A DNA stretch of 63,499 nt, the filler included, from Octopus bimaculoides (lineage: Eukaryota): assembly GCF_001194135.2 (NCBI RefSeq). It is 8 parts of 7 records of this genome, joined end to end, with 100 filler letters (N's around TTAATTAATTAA, not from the genome) between each part and the next. Parts side by side here need not be neighbours in the genome. Positions count along the whole stretch, not along the records: positions 1 to 24,684 come from NC_068982.1; 7 more parts are not named here. One strand, written 5' to 3'. The notes beneath the pieces are model-generated. The model saw nothing but the letters and a program-made list of their open reading frames with translations. It was not told where the DNA came from and made no database searches. Made by a program: the position numbers and the translations under genes. Of this stretch, positions 1 to 11,069 are shown in pieces. Position 1 is the first letter of the stretch; the number at the start of each line of letters is the position of its first letter.

Positions 1-87
1 CCACCATCACCACCACCACCATCACCACCATCACCACCACCATCACCACCACCATCACCACCACCACCATCACCACCACCACCACCA
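1..87. repeat. (CAC/CAT)n trinucleotide microsatellite
   Basis: Direct: CCACCATCACCACCA... repeats. Confidence 0.95.
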
Positions 88-169
88 TGGTCTAACCCCA
101 TGGTCTTGTGCAACCTTCACCTCTCAACAAAACCATTTTTCTTTGTTAGGTTTGCTTCTAAGCTTCCCA

Positions 170-292
170 TATCCCACCCATTGCAGCAGTCCTTTTAGTC
201 TTTCTAAGCCCTGTGAAAAAAAACTCAGTAGGTTGGGCCTTCAACCAGATCTTTCCTGATGCCCTTAAAGCCAGAAACTTTTTCAGCCCCCT
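170..292 (-). mobile_element. Degenerate mariner-like deletion derivative (TIR-like end fused to transposase C-terminal relic)
   Basis: Minus strand reads GGGGCTGAAAAAGTTTCTGGCT (similar to the mariner-like end at ~11568), then WLKAQPTEFFSQGLERL, which resembles the mariner C-terminal W..QP.EF+..G+..L motif. Confidence 0.4.
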
Positions 293-307
293 CCTCATAT
301 ATATATA

Positions 308-717
308 TTCTTCTGTTCTTTTATTCTTCTACTTGTTTCAGTCATTTTACTGTGGCCATGCTGCAGCACCACCTTAAAGGGTTTCTAGTTGAAGAAATCG
401 AACCCAGGACTTATTCTTTGTAAGCCTGGTACTTATTCCATCGGTCGCTTTTGCTGAAATGCTAAGTTACAGGGATGTAAACACAACAACATTGGTTATT
501 AAGTGATGGGGGGGGGGCAAGCACAGACACAAACACATAAATATATCCATAATTATGCATGACAGGCTTCTTTCAGTTTCCAATACCAAATTCATTCACA
601 AGGCTTTGGTCAGTTCAGGGCTGTAGCAAAAAAACACTTATCCAAGTTGCCATGCAGTGAGATTGAACTCAAAACCTTGTGGTTGAGGAGCAAGCTCCTT
701 ACCACACAGCCATGCCT
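308..717 (-). mobile_element. tRNA-derived SINE family A, near full length
   Basis: Reverse complement of the family seen at 5305, 18775 and 45217 (GGCGCAGGAGTGGCTGTGTGG head ... GACTGAAACAAGTAAAAGA tail). Confidence 0.9.
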
Positions 718-719
718 AT

Positions 720-744
720 CATCATCATATCATCATCATCATCG

Positions 745-784
<40 letters not shown>

Positions 785-1078
785 TTAATGTCTTTGTCCA
801 TGCTGGCATGGGTTGGACAGTTTGACCAGGGCTGGCAAGCTGGAAGGCTGCACCAGACTCCAGTCTGATTTGGCAAGGTGTTCTACTGTTGGATGCCCTT
901 CCTAATGCCCACCACTCCGAGAGTGTAGTGGGTGCTTTTACATGCCATTTGCATGACACCAGTATCTGCCACGACTGCAATTTTAGTTGGCTTGACAGGT
1001 CTTCTTCTTAAGCACAATGTAATGCCAAGGTCTCGGTCTTTCATCGTTGCCTCCATGAGGCCCAACACTTCAAAGGAG
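720..1078 (-). mobile_element. SINE family B with (GAT)n tail
   Basis: (CAT)n 720-783 followed by the reverse complement of the family-B body (GGAAGGGCATCCAGCTGTAGAAAC motif); copies at 4556, 8910, 11070. Confidence 0.85.
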
Positions 1079-1102
1079 CTTATACACACACACGCACACA
1101 TA

Positions 1103-1880
1103 TTGTGTCATCCTATAAATAATGCATTTTTTTAAATACTTCTTTTATTTTTCAAAATTAAGATAAACTAAGTTCTTTTTTTATCTAAAATATATTCTCC
1201 TTCATCTTCTACAATGCTCTTCCATCTATCTGGTAGATCTGCAAGGCCCCTCTGCCAAAATTCACTTGTCTGTGATGAAAAATACTCCTCCAGTACTGTT
1301 CTGACCTTGTCTACAGAGTTCATATTTTTCCCATCCAAATGATTTTGAAGACTGCAGAATAAATGATGCCCCACCTACCAGAATAAATATGGTGGGTGGG
1401 GCATCATTTCCCATTCAAACTACTCAGCCTTTGGAATGTCATCCTCACTGTATGTGGCCAAGTATTAATCTGATGGAACAACACCTTTCGTCTTGAAACC
1501 AAAGATGGTCGGTTTTCTCCTAGCCCTGGCTTAAGCCCCTCAAACTGCTTGCAGTAGATCTTTGTTATCATTTGGTTTAGGTTTAAAAGTTCAAAGTGGA
1601 CTAAACCTTTCATATCCCACCAAACAGATAACAACACTTTACGTGAGTGAAGACCCTCTTTAACCTGGGGTGCCGGTGTTTCTCCTTTCCCTACCCACTG
1701 TCTTCGGCACTTGACATTTTTATAGAGAACCCATTTCTCATCACCAGTCACTATTCAGTACACAAAAGGTTCATTCATGAGACGTGACAGCAAAGAAGAG
1801 CACACGTTCACTCTCTGTGCGTGATTAGACTGGGAAAGTTTGTGAGGAACCCATTGACCCAATCTGCTGACTTTTCCGAT
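1103..1880 (-). mobile_element. Mariner transposase relic with one TIR
   Basis: Minus-strand peptides WVPHKL, VTGDEKWVLY, KVLLSVWWD and F+..G+..LPDRW..++..GEY, with frameshifts and stops. TA + TTGTGTCATCCTATAAATAATGCATTTT TIR-like end at 1101-1133. Confidence 0.9.
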
Positions 1881-2354
1881 ACATACATACATACACGTGT
1901 GTGTGTGTGTGTGTGTGTGTGCGAGTACATGTGTGCGTGTATGATGTAATTATAATACACACAAACACACACACAAGCACACATGCACAGGCACAGGCAC
2001 ACACACACACACACACACACACATCTTTTAGAAGACTTCAAACTCTGAATCTTTGACACACAAATTTCCAGTGCTTGTGTGTATGGTGCGACAGTTCATA
2101 AGCAGAGCGCAAGTTTAATTGAGAAATGTAAATGATTAGACTAACATCCTGATAGTGATATCCTAACATGACCTCCTCATAGATAAATAGATATGTAACT
2201 AAGTACAACAATGACACGACAAAAATCAAGGGTGTAATGTAAGATATTTGAAAACATTGCTTTAACAGGATTCATGATTTTAATCCAGGTGGCCTTGGTT
2301 CAATTCCCAGCATGAGCACTGAGTATTTTCAGGTTAGGGACCTCAATTCGCAGT

Positions 2355-2470
2355 CACACAGCTTAGTGGTTAAAGTGTTGGGCTCATGATTGCTAGGTTG
2401 TGGTTTCAGTTCTCAGACAGGACAGCACATTGTGTTCTTAAGCAAGGTAATTCATTTCACATTGCTTCAC
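2355..2470 (+). mobile_element. SINE family E 5' fragment (tRNA-like head)
   Basis: GCTTAGTGGTTAAAGTGTTGGGCTCATGAT...TTGTGTTCTTAAGCAAG; matches the reverse complement of 47205-47451. Confidence 0.7.
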
Positions 2471-2471
2471 T

Positions 2472-2800
2472 TCATCATCATTGTCATTTAACGTCTGTTT
2501 TTCCATGCTGGCATGGGTTGAACAGTTTGACAGGAGCTTGACGAGGCCAGGAGCCATACCAAGTTCCTTAGTCTGTTTTGGCATGGTTTCTGCAGCTGGA
2601 TGCCCTTCTTCACACTAACCACTTTATAGGGTGTACTGGGTACTTTTTACATGGTTCCATCACTTGTACTTTTTCTGTGGCCCCAGAACCAGTGCTTTTT
2701 ACATGATGCCATCATCAGTGCTTTTTACATAGCACCACCAATAAGTGCTTTTCACATAGCACCAGCACTGACAGGATCACCAAGTATCTTGCAAGACAAA
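2472..2800 (-). mobile_element. Degenerate SINE family B
   Basis: CATTTAACGTCTGTTTTTCCATGCTGGCATGGGTTG... similarity to other B copies. Confidence 0.7.
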
Positions 2801-3015
2801 AAAAAAAACCCCTTAACTTGGAGGGGTGGAGTAGTATTGTAATGGGGTGGCTTGGTGTCAGTTGAGAGATTTAAAGTATAAAAAGGACAGACATAGGTGT
2901 TTTGCTGTAGATTAGATACATGGAGACCCCAAGTTGAATGAATTCTCATGCTGAAAATAAGTACCAGTGATACTGGAATGGTGGGTGAGTAATCTGACAA
3001 TAATTTGGGGTCCTA

Positions 3016-3436
3016 AGGGGGCAAGCTGGCAGAAACGTTAGCACATCAGGTGAAATGCTTAGCGGTATTTTGTTTGTCTTTACATTCTAAGTCCAAATTC
3101 TGCCGAGGTTGAGTTTGCCTTTCATCCTTTCGGGGTCGATAAATTAAGTACCAGCTGCATACTGAGGTCGATCTAATCAACTGGTCGCCTCTGCAAAACT
3201 TTTGGGCCTTGTGCCTAGAGTAGAAAAGATTATTATGGACACCCATAAGGTAGCGAGCTGGTAGAAACTTTAGCATGCTGGGCAAAATGCTTAGCAGTAT
3301 TTCATCTCTTTAGGTTCTGAGTTCAAATTCTGCCAAGGTCAACTTTGCCTTTCATCCTTTCAGAATTGATAAATTAAGTACCAGTTGCATACTGCAGTCG
3401 ATCTAATCGACTGGTCGCCTCCCCCAAAATTTCAGG
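3016..3436 (+). mobile_element. Two tandem SINE family C copies (3016-3236, 3248-3436)
   Basis: GAGCTGGCAGAAACGTTAGCA head, GCCTTTCATCCTTTCGGGGTCGATAAATTAAGTACCAG core, GAAAAGATTATTAT tail, twice. The second copy is cut by the LINE at 3437. Confidence 0.9.
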
Positions 3437-4130
3437 AAGGATAACCCCAAGGATAAAAAATAAGAACCCACAGTATGGTAGAAGCCATAGCCACTCATAA
3501 TGAAAAGGAATATTGGTGGAATGTCCCAGTGAACACCTCAATAAAGTGCAAACACAACAGACCTGATATAATGATTTGCAGAGAAGAGAATTTGTATAGA
3601 GTTGTGGAAATTAGCTGCCCAGTGGATGTTAACATAATGCTGAAGATCAGTGAAAAAGAGAACACCTATGCTGAACTAATGAGAAATCTACAGTTACTCA
3701 ATCCAGATTACAAGTTCAGGTTTATACCTGTAATTATTGGGGCCCTGGGATATGTAACACACTGCCTAAATACCAATCTAGAGAAATTAGGCTTCTCAAA
3801 ACCAGAAAGGGGAAAGCTAATTCGAAGACTACAGATCCAGTCCATCACTGGAACTGTAAAAATTGGTAAAACTTACCAAAAGTTTATCATTTAAATATAT
3901 GTAACTATGTCTAGATATGCAAGTATATGCATGGGAATATATATATAAAACAAAACATACAAATCTGCACACATACATACATACATACATACAGACAGAC
4001 AGACAAAAATACCCTGTTTCTGATGTTGAAATTTCAAATGAAGGAGCCTTGGATCTAGGTTAGAAACTGGCTCTTTCTCTATTGGCAACAAATCTTAAAA
4101 TAAAACTGAACAATGACATACAAACATGCA
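3437..4130 (+). mobile_element. 5'-truncated RLE-type non-LTR retrotransposon (R4/Dong-like), endonuclease domain plus 3' UTR
   Basis: ORF 3475-3894 has HNRPDI...VEISCP.D.N...K..EK...Y..L...P+++GALG, the PD-(D/E)xK restriction-like endonuclease signature of R2/R4-group LINEs. Ends in (CATA)n. Confidence 0.88.
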
Positions 4131-4374
4131 TACATACTTACATAGATATAGATATCTAAATATATATAACATATACAGGGTGTCCCAAAAGTAGGTTAAT
4201 AGTTATCAAGTAGGCACTTTAAATTTCTTTTAGAACATTTTATCACATTTAAATTTCTATCTTATACACTGAAAAGGGAGCTTGACAAAATTAACTAAAT
4301 TTGCATAGAATAATGGTTTCATATTTTTTTATAATTAAGATCTAATCTGTTAATATTTGAATGCGAAAGAGATA

Positions 4375-5028
4375 CCGTAAATCCTTGAGTATAGTCCGCC
4401 CTTGAGTATAATACGCAGGGGATGTTTAGGGGGCTGTACCTCTGAAAAACCTAAACTTTGTGTATAATACGCACCCCTTCTCTAACTTGAGTCAAGGAGG
4501 TCTATAAAACGTCCTTGGTTTGTAAACGTATATACAGTAATGTCCTTTATTATTTTATCATCATTATCATCATCATTTAACGTCCGCTTTCCATGTTAGC
4601 ATGGGTTGGACAATTTGACTGAGGACTGGTGAACCGGATGGCTGCACCAAGCACCAATCTGATCTGGCAGAGTTTCTACAGCTGGATACCCTTCCTAACG
4701 CCAACCACTCTGAGAGTGTAGTGGGTGCTTTTACGTGCCACCAGCAGGAGGGCCAGCCACACGGTACTGGCAACAGCCACGCTCAAAATGGTATATATAA
4801 CATAATGCAAACGTATAGCTTTTTTGTGCACTTTGCAGAAAATAAAGAAATAACAGTAATAACGTCAGTGAAAAATAAATATTAAGTAAATTGCCTTTAC
4901 ATATTTATCACTTATAAAATTTTGCTTAGAAAATACTTTTCATTTTTAACCTCGTATATAGTACGCACTAGTAATTTTGACCTTTAAATTTTGGGGGAAA
5001 AGTGAGGATTATACTCGAGGATTTATGG
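4375..5028. mobile_element. pogo/Tigger-like MITE nested in the Tc1-type MITE
   Basis: TA|CCGTAAATCCTTGAGTATAGTCC ... GGATTATACTCGAGGATTTATGG|TA; ~23-bp TIR with 3 mismatches. Confidence 0.82.
4556..4792 (-). mobile_element. SINE family B nested in the inner MITE
   Basis: (CAT)n tail plus the B body. Confidence 0.9.
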
Positions 5029-5304
5029 TAGTTGAATAACTGTAAACCTACTTTTGGGCCACCCTGTATATGCATGTGCACCAACTTGGAAAACACTGCT
5101 TTATAATATATAATCATTATATAGACACCCTATCCATGACAAAAGGAACTATAATAATGTATGTATATATGTGTGCTCTGATATATTTAAAATAGGCTTT
5201 CCCCAAAAATTTAGTTATTTCACTTTTGATACAGGTTGACAAATCATTTGACTTAACTAGCAAACATGTAATGAATTTTATCATACTGTGAACATGTGAA
5301 CATA

Positions 5305-5695
5305 GGCACAGGAGTGGCTGTGTGGTAAGTAGCTTGCTTACCAACCACATGGTTCTGGGTTCAGTCTCAATGCATGGCACCTTGGGCAAGTGCCTTCTAC
5401 TCTAACCTCGGGCCAACCAAAGTCTTGTGAGTGAATTTGGTAGACGGAAACTGAAAGAAGCCCGTCGTATATATATGTATATATGAGTATGTATATGTGT
5501 GTTTGTGTGTATGTTTGTGTGTCTGTGTTTGTCCCCCCACTATTGCTTGACAGCTGATGCTGGTGTGTTTACGTCCCCGATAGAATAAGTACCAGGCTTA
5601 CCAAGAATAAGTCCTGGGGTTGATTTCTTTGACTAAAAGGCGGTGCTCCAGCATGGTCACAGTCAAATGACTGAAACAAGTAAAAGAATAAAAGA
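5305..5695 (+). mobile_element. SINE family A
   Basis: Head GGCACAGGAGTGGCTGTGTGG, internal (TA/TG)n, tail GTAAAAGAATAAAAGA; small internal deletion. Confidence 0.92.
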
Positions 5696-5736
5696 CTGCG
5701 TGTGTGTGCATACATACATACATACATACATCTATC

Positions 5737-6115
5737 GTGACACTTCGTCGGTTACGACAACGGGGGTTCCAGTTGATCCAATCAACAGAACAGCCTGCTC
5801 GTGAAATTAATGTGTAAGTGGCTGAGCATTCCACAGAAACGTGTACCCTTAACGTAGTTCTCGGGGAGATTCAGCGTGACACAGAGTGTGACAAGGCTGA
5901 CCCTTTGAAATACAGGCACAACAGAAACAGGAAAAAATAGTGAGAGGAATTTGTGGTGAAAGAGTACAGCAGAGTTCGTCACCATACCCTGCCCAAGCCT
6001 GTGGAGCTTTAGGTGTTTTCACTCAATAAACACTCACAACGCCCAGTCTGGGAATCGAAACCGGGATCCTACGACCGCAAGTCTGCTGCCCTAATCACTG
6101 GGCCATTGCACCTCC
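5737..6115 (-). mobile_element. tRNA-derived SINE family D, full length
   Basis: Minus strand starts GGAGGTGCAATGGCCCAGTGATTAGGGCAGCAGAC...GGTTTCGATTCCCAG (A/B boxes). Partial copies at 25625 and 54183. Confidence 0.88.
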
Positions 6116-6134
6116 ACATATACATACATACATA

Positions 6135-6349
6135 TAGTAATCCCTCGCCATATCGCGGTTCACCTATCATGGTTTATTATTTAAGCTTACGTCGATTCCT
6201 CTGTGGTGTTGTTTTGCATTTATAATAAAATAAATATTTACATATTATAAAAATAAAAAAATATATATATATATACAGTACTGTTTCATGGATTTTCACC
6301 TATCGCGGGGTGGTTTTGGAATGTAACCCCTGCAATAGTCGAGGTATTA

Positions 6350-6352
<3 letters not shown>
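6135..6352. mobile_element. Tigger/pogo-like MITE
   Basis: TA|(C/T)AGTAATCCCTCG ... CGAGGTATTACTG|TA; relatives at 8455-8910 and 18645-18770. Confidence 0.8.
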
Positions 6353-6398
<46 letters not shown>

Positions 6399-6671
6399 GA
6401 TATATATATATTTATAAATATATATGAGCTTTTAAATAAGTTCTCCACCAATAATGGTGCTTTCATACCGATGGGCTTGGTAAAAATTATTAATTGTTAA
6501 TTGATTTATTAATTAATAAATTGATAATCCTTTACCCTTTTAATTTGTATATATATATATATATATATATACAAATATTTACATGCGAAAAGGGATGACC
6601 TTCTTTACGCTAGAAAGCAATCATCAACAGCCAAACCACAAAAAAAAAAAGAATGTTCTCCTGGAGAACAT

Positions 6672-6800
6672 TCTAGCATAAAGGATGTCCACTTAGTGGT
6701 CATCCCTTCTCATATGTATGTAATATAATTTTTCTGAATTTTCAGAATTTTCTTTATGCTAGGGAACTGGTTTTAAATTGGTGTTAATTAAATTAATATC
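6672..6800 (+). repeat. Dispersed ~130-bp repeat, second copy at 11663-11791
   Basis: TCTAGCATAA(A/T)GGATGTCCACTTAGT...TTTTAAATTGGT(G/A)TTAATTAAATT shared. The 11.6-kb copy follows a mariner-like end GGTGGGCTGAAAATTTCAT. Confidence 0.8.
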
Positions 6801-6855
6801 AAGTTCCTCACCCTTATTATTATCTATATAAATATTTATATATATCTGTGCATGC

Positions 6856-6894
<39 letters not shown>

Positions 6895-6934
6895 CGAGCG
6901 TGCACGCACACACAGACACACACACACACACACA

Positions 6935-6973
<39 letters not shown>

Positions 6974-7344
6974 TCAAGTTCACTATATGATAAAATTATC
7001 TACATATCTGTTTGCTTCTTAAGAAACATAATCTATGAACTTATGTTGAAAGTAAGATAACTAAATTTGGGGGAAAACCCATTTTAATCATTTTGCAACA
7101 CACATACACACACACCAGTATAGTCCGTTTTTGTCATAGATAGGTTCTCTATTTAACAATTATATACTATAAAGCTGTGCTTCCCAAGTTGGTACACATG
7201 ATCCACGTGTGAATGGTGGAGAGGGGGAGGGAAAGGAGAATATTTTGGCAAGCAGTGGGTTACTTCAAAATGGGGCATAAATATGAAACAAGTGAATAAA
7301 ACATGCATTAAAGTTTTAATTAAGATTTCTTTCTAATGCATTAT

Positions 7345-7600
7345 CACCATCATTGTCATCGTCATCATTTAGCATCCATGTTGGTATGTGTTAGACACTT
7401 TGACAGGATTTGATGGGTCTGTATAAGGATTGCATCGAACTCCAATGCCTGCTTTGGAATGGTTTCTATGCGTGGATACCCTTCCTAATACTAACCACTT
7501 TACAGTGTGTACAGGGAGATTTTTTTCATGGCACCAACACTAGTGATGCTATTGTGCAGCTTGCAAGACAAAGATCCCCTTCAGTTGAGTGAGACTACAG
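7345..7600 (-). mobile_element. Degenerate SINE family B
   Basis: CATTTAGCATCCATG...GGATACCCTTCCTAATACTAACCACTTTACAGTGTG similarity. Confidence 0.6.
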
Positions 7601-7749
7601 ATGAGAGGGAGGCAGCTTTATGTTAGGAGATGACAGGTTAAAGTATGAGAAAAGAGGCCAGAATAGAATAAGTTTTTTGCTGTAGAGGAGCTCCAAGAAC
7701 ATACATTAAATCGAAATTTAAATTAAAGCTTCTTTTGAATATATATATA

Positions 7750-7971
7750 TAGGATGTTCAAAATGTCTCACTGCAGTAAGTATTTTATTGCAAAATAAAT
7801 ATTTATAAGATGGTATAAGACTACAAAAGAATATATTAGACTTTACAAGACTTTAAAAAAACTTTATAAGAGGTGTTGAAAGTCTTATCCTTCATTTATA
7901 ATACATAAAATTTAATTTCTTTTTTACTACCATGTGAGCACTTCCTGCAGAGAGCCTTTTTTAACACCCTG
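7750..7971. mobile_element. Tc1/mariner-type MITE
   Basis: TAGGATGTTCAAAATGTCTCACTGCAGTAAG ... CTTCCTGCAGAGAGCCTTTTTTAACACCCTG|TA; ~31-bp degenerate TIR. Confidence 0.65.
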
Positions 7972-8454
7972 TACTTTTNNNNNNNNNNNNNNNNNNNNNN
8001 NNNNNNNNNNNNNNNNNNNNNNNNNNNNNNNNNNNNNNNNNNNNNNNNNNNNNNNNNNNNNNNNNNNNNNNNNNNNNNNNNNNNNNNNNNNNNNNNNNNN
8101 NNNNNNNNNNNNNNNNNNNNNNNNNNNNNNNNNNNNNNNNNNNNNNNNNNNNNNNNNNNNNNNNNNNNNNNNNNNNNNNNNNNNNNNNNNNNNNNNNNNN
8201 NNNNNNNNNNNNNNNNNNNNNNNNNNNNNNNNNNNNNNNNNNNNNNNNNNNNNNNNNNNNNNNNNNNNNNNNNNNNNNNNNNNNNNNNNNNNNNNNNNNN
8301 NNNNNNNNNNNNNNNNNNNNNNNNNNNNNNNNNNNNNNNNNNNNNNNNNNNNNNNNNNNNNNNNNNNNNNNNNNNNNNNNNNNNNNNNNNNNNNNNNNNN
8401 NNNNNNNNNNNNNNNNNNNNNNNNNNNNNNNNNNNNNNNTAATATAAATATACA

Positions 8455-8910
8455 TACAGTAATCACGCATCATATTGCGGTTCACTTATCACACCCTCAG
8501 TACATCATAAATTTTTCTGGCTAATACATGTAAATTTATATTGCAGACTCCTCGGTATATCACTGGTTTCTGTGGCCGATTGGTATATATATTTTTTTAG
8601 GTTTTAATTATTTCTGTGGTAAAATGAGCATTTTCATGCCTAAAAATTAATAAATAAAAATACAGTACAGTACTGCTCCGTATAACACATTAATTAAAAT
8701 ATATTAAAAGAAAATACGTAGTGTACCGTAGATGAGTAAACAAGGAATTGCATATACTGTATGGGAAACGAAACTCAAGAAGCGAGTGTGTGGTGTTGTT
8801 TTGCATTTATAATAAAACAAATATATACAAATTATAAAAATACTTTTTAAAAAATATGCAATACAGTACTGTTTCTACTTTGCGAATTTTCACCTATCGT
8901 GAGGGGTTTT
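8455..8910 (+). mobile_element. Tigger-like MITE relic truncated by a SINE B
   Basis: TACAGTAATCACGCATCATATTGCGGTTCAC start; TGTGGTGTTGTTTTGCATTTATAATAAAA block shared with 6135-6352. Confidence 0.65.
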
Positions 8911-9254
8911 GGAACGTAAAAAGTACCATTTGAGCATGATCGTTACCAGCCTCGCCTTACTGGCATGCAAACAAAACATTCGAGCAAGGTCATTGCCAGC
9001 ACCGCTGGACTGACTCCTGTGTAGGTGGCACATAAAAACACCATTTGAGCATGGCCATTGCTAGTACCTCGTGCTGGTGGCATGTAAAAGCACCCACTAC
9101 ACTCTCAAAGTGGTTGGCATTAGGAAGGGCATCCAGCTGTAGAAACTCTGCCAGATCAGACTGGAGCCTGGTGCAGCCATCTGGTTCACCAGTCCTCAGT
9201 CAAATTAGTCCAACCCATGTTAGCATGGAAGGCGGACGTTAAACGATGATGATG
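8910..9254 (+). mobile_element. SINE family B
   Basis: B body ending GGACGTTAAAC(GAT)n. Confidence 0.9.
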
Positions 9255-9471
9255 AGGAGGAGGAGGAGGAGGATTTACATTATTTACATTCGACAGATAT
9301 TTGTCCTTATCTCGTTTGTTGTTAACACAACAGCATATGGCATAGTGGTTAAGAGCTCAGGCTACTAACCCCAACATTCCAAGTTCGATTCCAAGCAGTG
9401 ACCTAAACAATAACAATAATAATGATAATAATAATAATAATAACAATAATAATAATAATAATAATAATAAT

Positions 9472-9694
9472 AGATAGATAGAGAAATTAAAGCCAATAGA
9501 CCAGATATAGTTGTCAAAGATCATGAAGAAAAAAAATGCTTTCTAATTGATGTATCAATACCAGCAGATGACAACGTTTCTCTAAAAGAAATGGAAAAAC
9601 TTTCAAAATACAAAGACCTGGAAATAGAGGTAACTTGAATGTGGAATCTAAAAACAGAAACAATTCCTATTATAGTAGGTGCCTTAGGTATAAT
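9472..9694 (+). mobile_element. 5'-truncated R4/Dong-like LINE inserted in (AAT)n
   Basis: DREIKANRPDIVVKDHEEKKCFLIDVSIPADDNVSLKEMEKLSKYKDLEIEVT*MWNLKTETIPIIVGALG; (AAT)n at 9407-9471 and 10034-10112. Confidence 0.9.
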
Positions 9695-10033
9695 ANNNNN
9701 NNNNNNNNNNNNNNNNNNNNNNNNNNNNNNNNNNNNNNNNNNNNNNNNNNNNNNNNNNNNNNNNNNNNNNNNNNNNNNNNNNNNNNNNNNNNNNNNNNNN
9801 NNNNNNNNNNNNNNNNNNNNNNNNNNNNNNNNNNNNNNNNNNNNNNNNNNNNNNNNNNNNNNNNNNNNNNNNNNNNNNNNNNNNNNNNNNNNNNNNNNNN
9901 NNNNNNNNNNNNNNNNNNNNNNNNNNNNNNNNNNNNNNNNNNNNNNNNNNNNNNNNNNNNNNNNNNNNNNNNNNNNNNNNNNNNNNNNNNNNNNNNNNNN
10001 NNNNNNNNNNNNNNNNNNNNNNNNNNNNNNNNN

Positions 10034-10113
<80 letters not shown>

Positions 10114-10160
10114 TCGAAAAATACCTTACGAATTAGAACCCAAGTTCGAAATTTCCCCAA

Positions 10161-10206
10161 GACACCTGATGAAGGCTGGAGGGTATATCAGCCGAAACAT
10201 TGTGTT
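10161..10206 (+). ncRNA. Minimal type-I hammerhead ribozyme motif (this copy has G16.2->A)
   Basis: Stem I GACAC/GTGTT; CTGATGA 10166-10172; stem II GGCTG/CAGCC; GAAA 10194-10197; stem III AC(A)T where palindromic ACGT is expected. Confidence 0.72.
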
Positions 10207-10580
10207 AACAACAAACAAGATGAGGACAAATATCTGTCAAATGTAAATAATGTAAATAATTAACATAATGTAGCATAAAAGGGTAACAAATAAACCATAC
10301 ATGAGAAACATGTCTGTATGTACATGAATATATCTACATATGCATGTATAAGTATGTGCATAGAAGTGTGTTTGTGGCTCTGTGTGTGTGTGTGAGTTTT
10401 CTCCGACCTGCCTAACTAGTTTTCTTTCTGAACACATATGAGAAATACTTCCTGCTTCTAACAATTGGATTATGCTTGTCCAATCTTCCGATCTTACTAA
10501 ATTCTCACACTAAAACGAGGTGTTCCCCCCCACACACACACACCACCACCACCACCACCACAGACAGACAAATTATAAAA

Positions 10581-10613
<33 letters not shown>

Positions 10614-10633
10614 GTGATGGTGATGATGATGAT

Positions 10634-11058
10634 GCAGTGCGATCACCTAACCAGACATCAGAAACTGGACATTATTGTTGCGGTGAATAAAAAAGAAAAA
10701 AATTGCATGATAATCGACATAATATGTCCCAGTAACAACAAGATCAAAGAGAAGGAAGTAAGAAAACTGAACAATTATGGACAATTTGAAGTGGGAAATA
10801 CGAAGGTTGTCGGTCAATGAGGAGAGTAGACATGATACCAATAATAATTAGTGCACTTGGAAGTATCAACGCTCATCTACCAACATGGCTGAAGAAGATT
10901 GATTAAAATGTAAAGGTAGAACACCAACAAAAATCAGAATTACTGAGAAATGCAGGGATTCTTTGCAGTGTTTTTGAAGCATGACCAATAAACAAGCATC
11001 ACCTTAGTCTTCTGGCTGTGGGCAGCTGACACTTTCCATCAAACCCAGAAAAATAAAC
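10634..11058 (+). mobile_element. Second R4/Dong-like LINE family, RLE domain and 3' UTR
   Basis: QCDH...K(L/P)DII...KKEKNCMIIDIICP..NKIKEKE...LKWEIRRL...IPIIISALGS with frameshifts; preceded by (GAT)n 10581-10633. Confidence 0.85.
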
Positions 11059-11069
11059 TGTGAGTTTTC

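Larger units (their letters stand above)
4176..5066. mobile_element. Tc1/mariner-type MITE (outer)
   Basis: TA|CAGGGTGTCCCAAAAGTAGGTT ... AACCTACTTTTGGGCCACCCTG|TA; 22-bp TIR with 1 mismatch. Confidence 0.88.
9273..10257 (+). mobile_element. Composite non-autonomous element: inverted terminal copy + tRNA-like head + (AAT)n + hammerhead-bearing PLE-like 3' end
   Basis: 9273-9330 is the reverse complement of 10200-10257 (3 mismatches in 58). A box TGGCATAGTGG 9338-9348; B box GTTCGATTCC 9383-9392. Hammerhead core at 10166-10197. Continuity across the 9695-10033 gap is inferred. Confidence 0.75.

Noticed and set aside
3475-3894. 139-aa ORF as a host gene
   Set aside because: It is the restriction-like endonuclease end of a 5'-truncated LINE; the ATG is internal.
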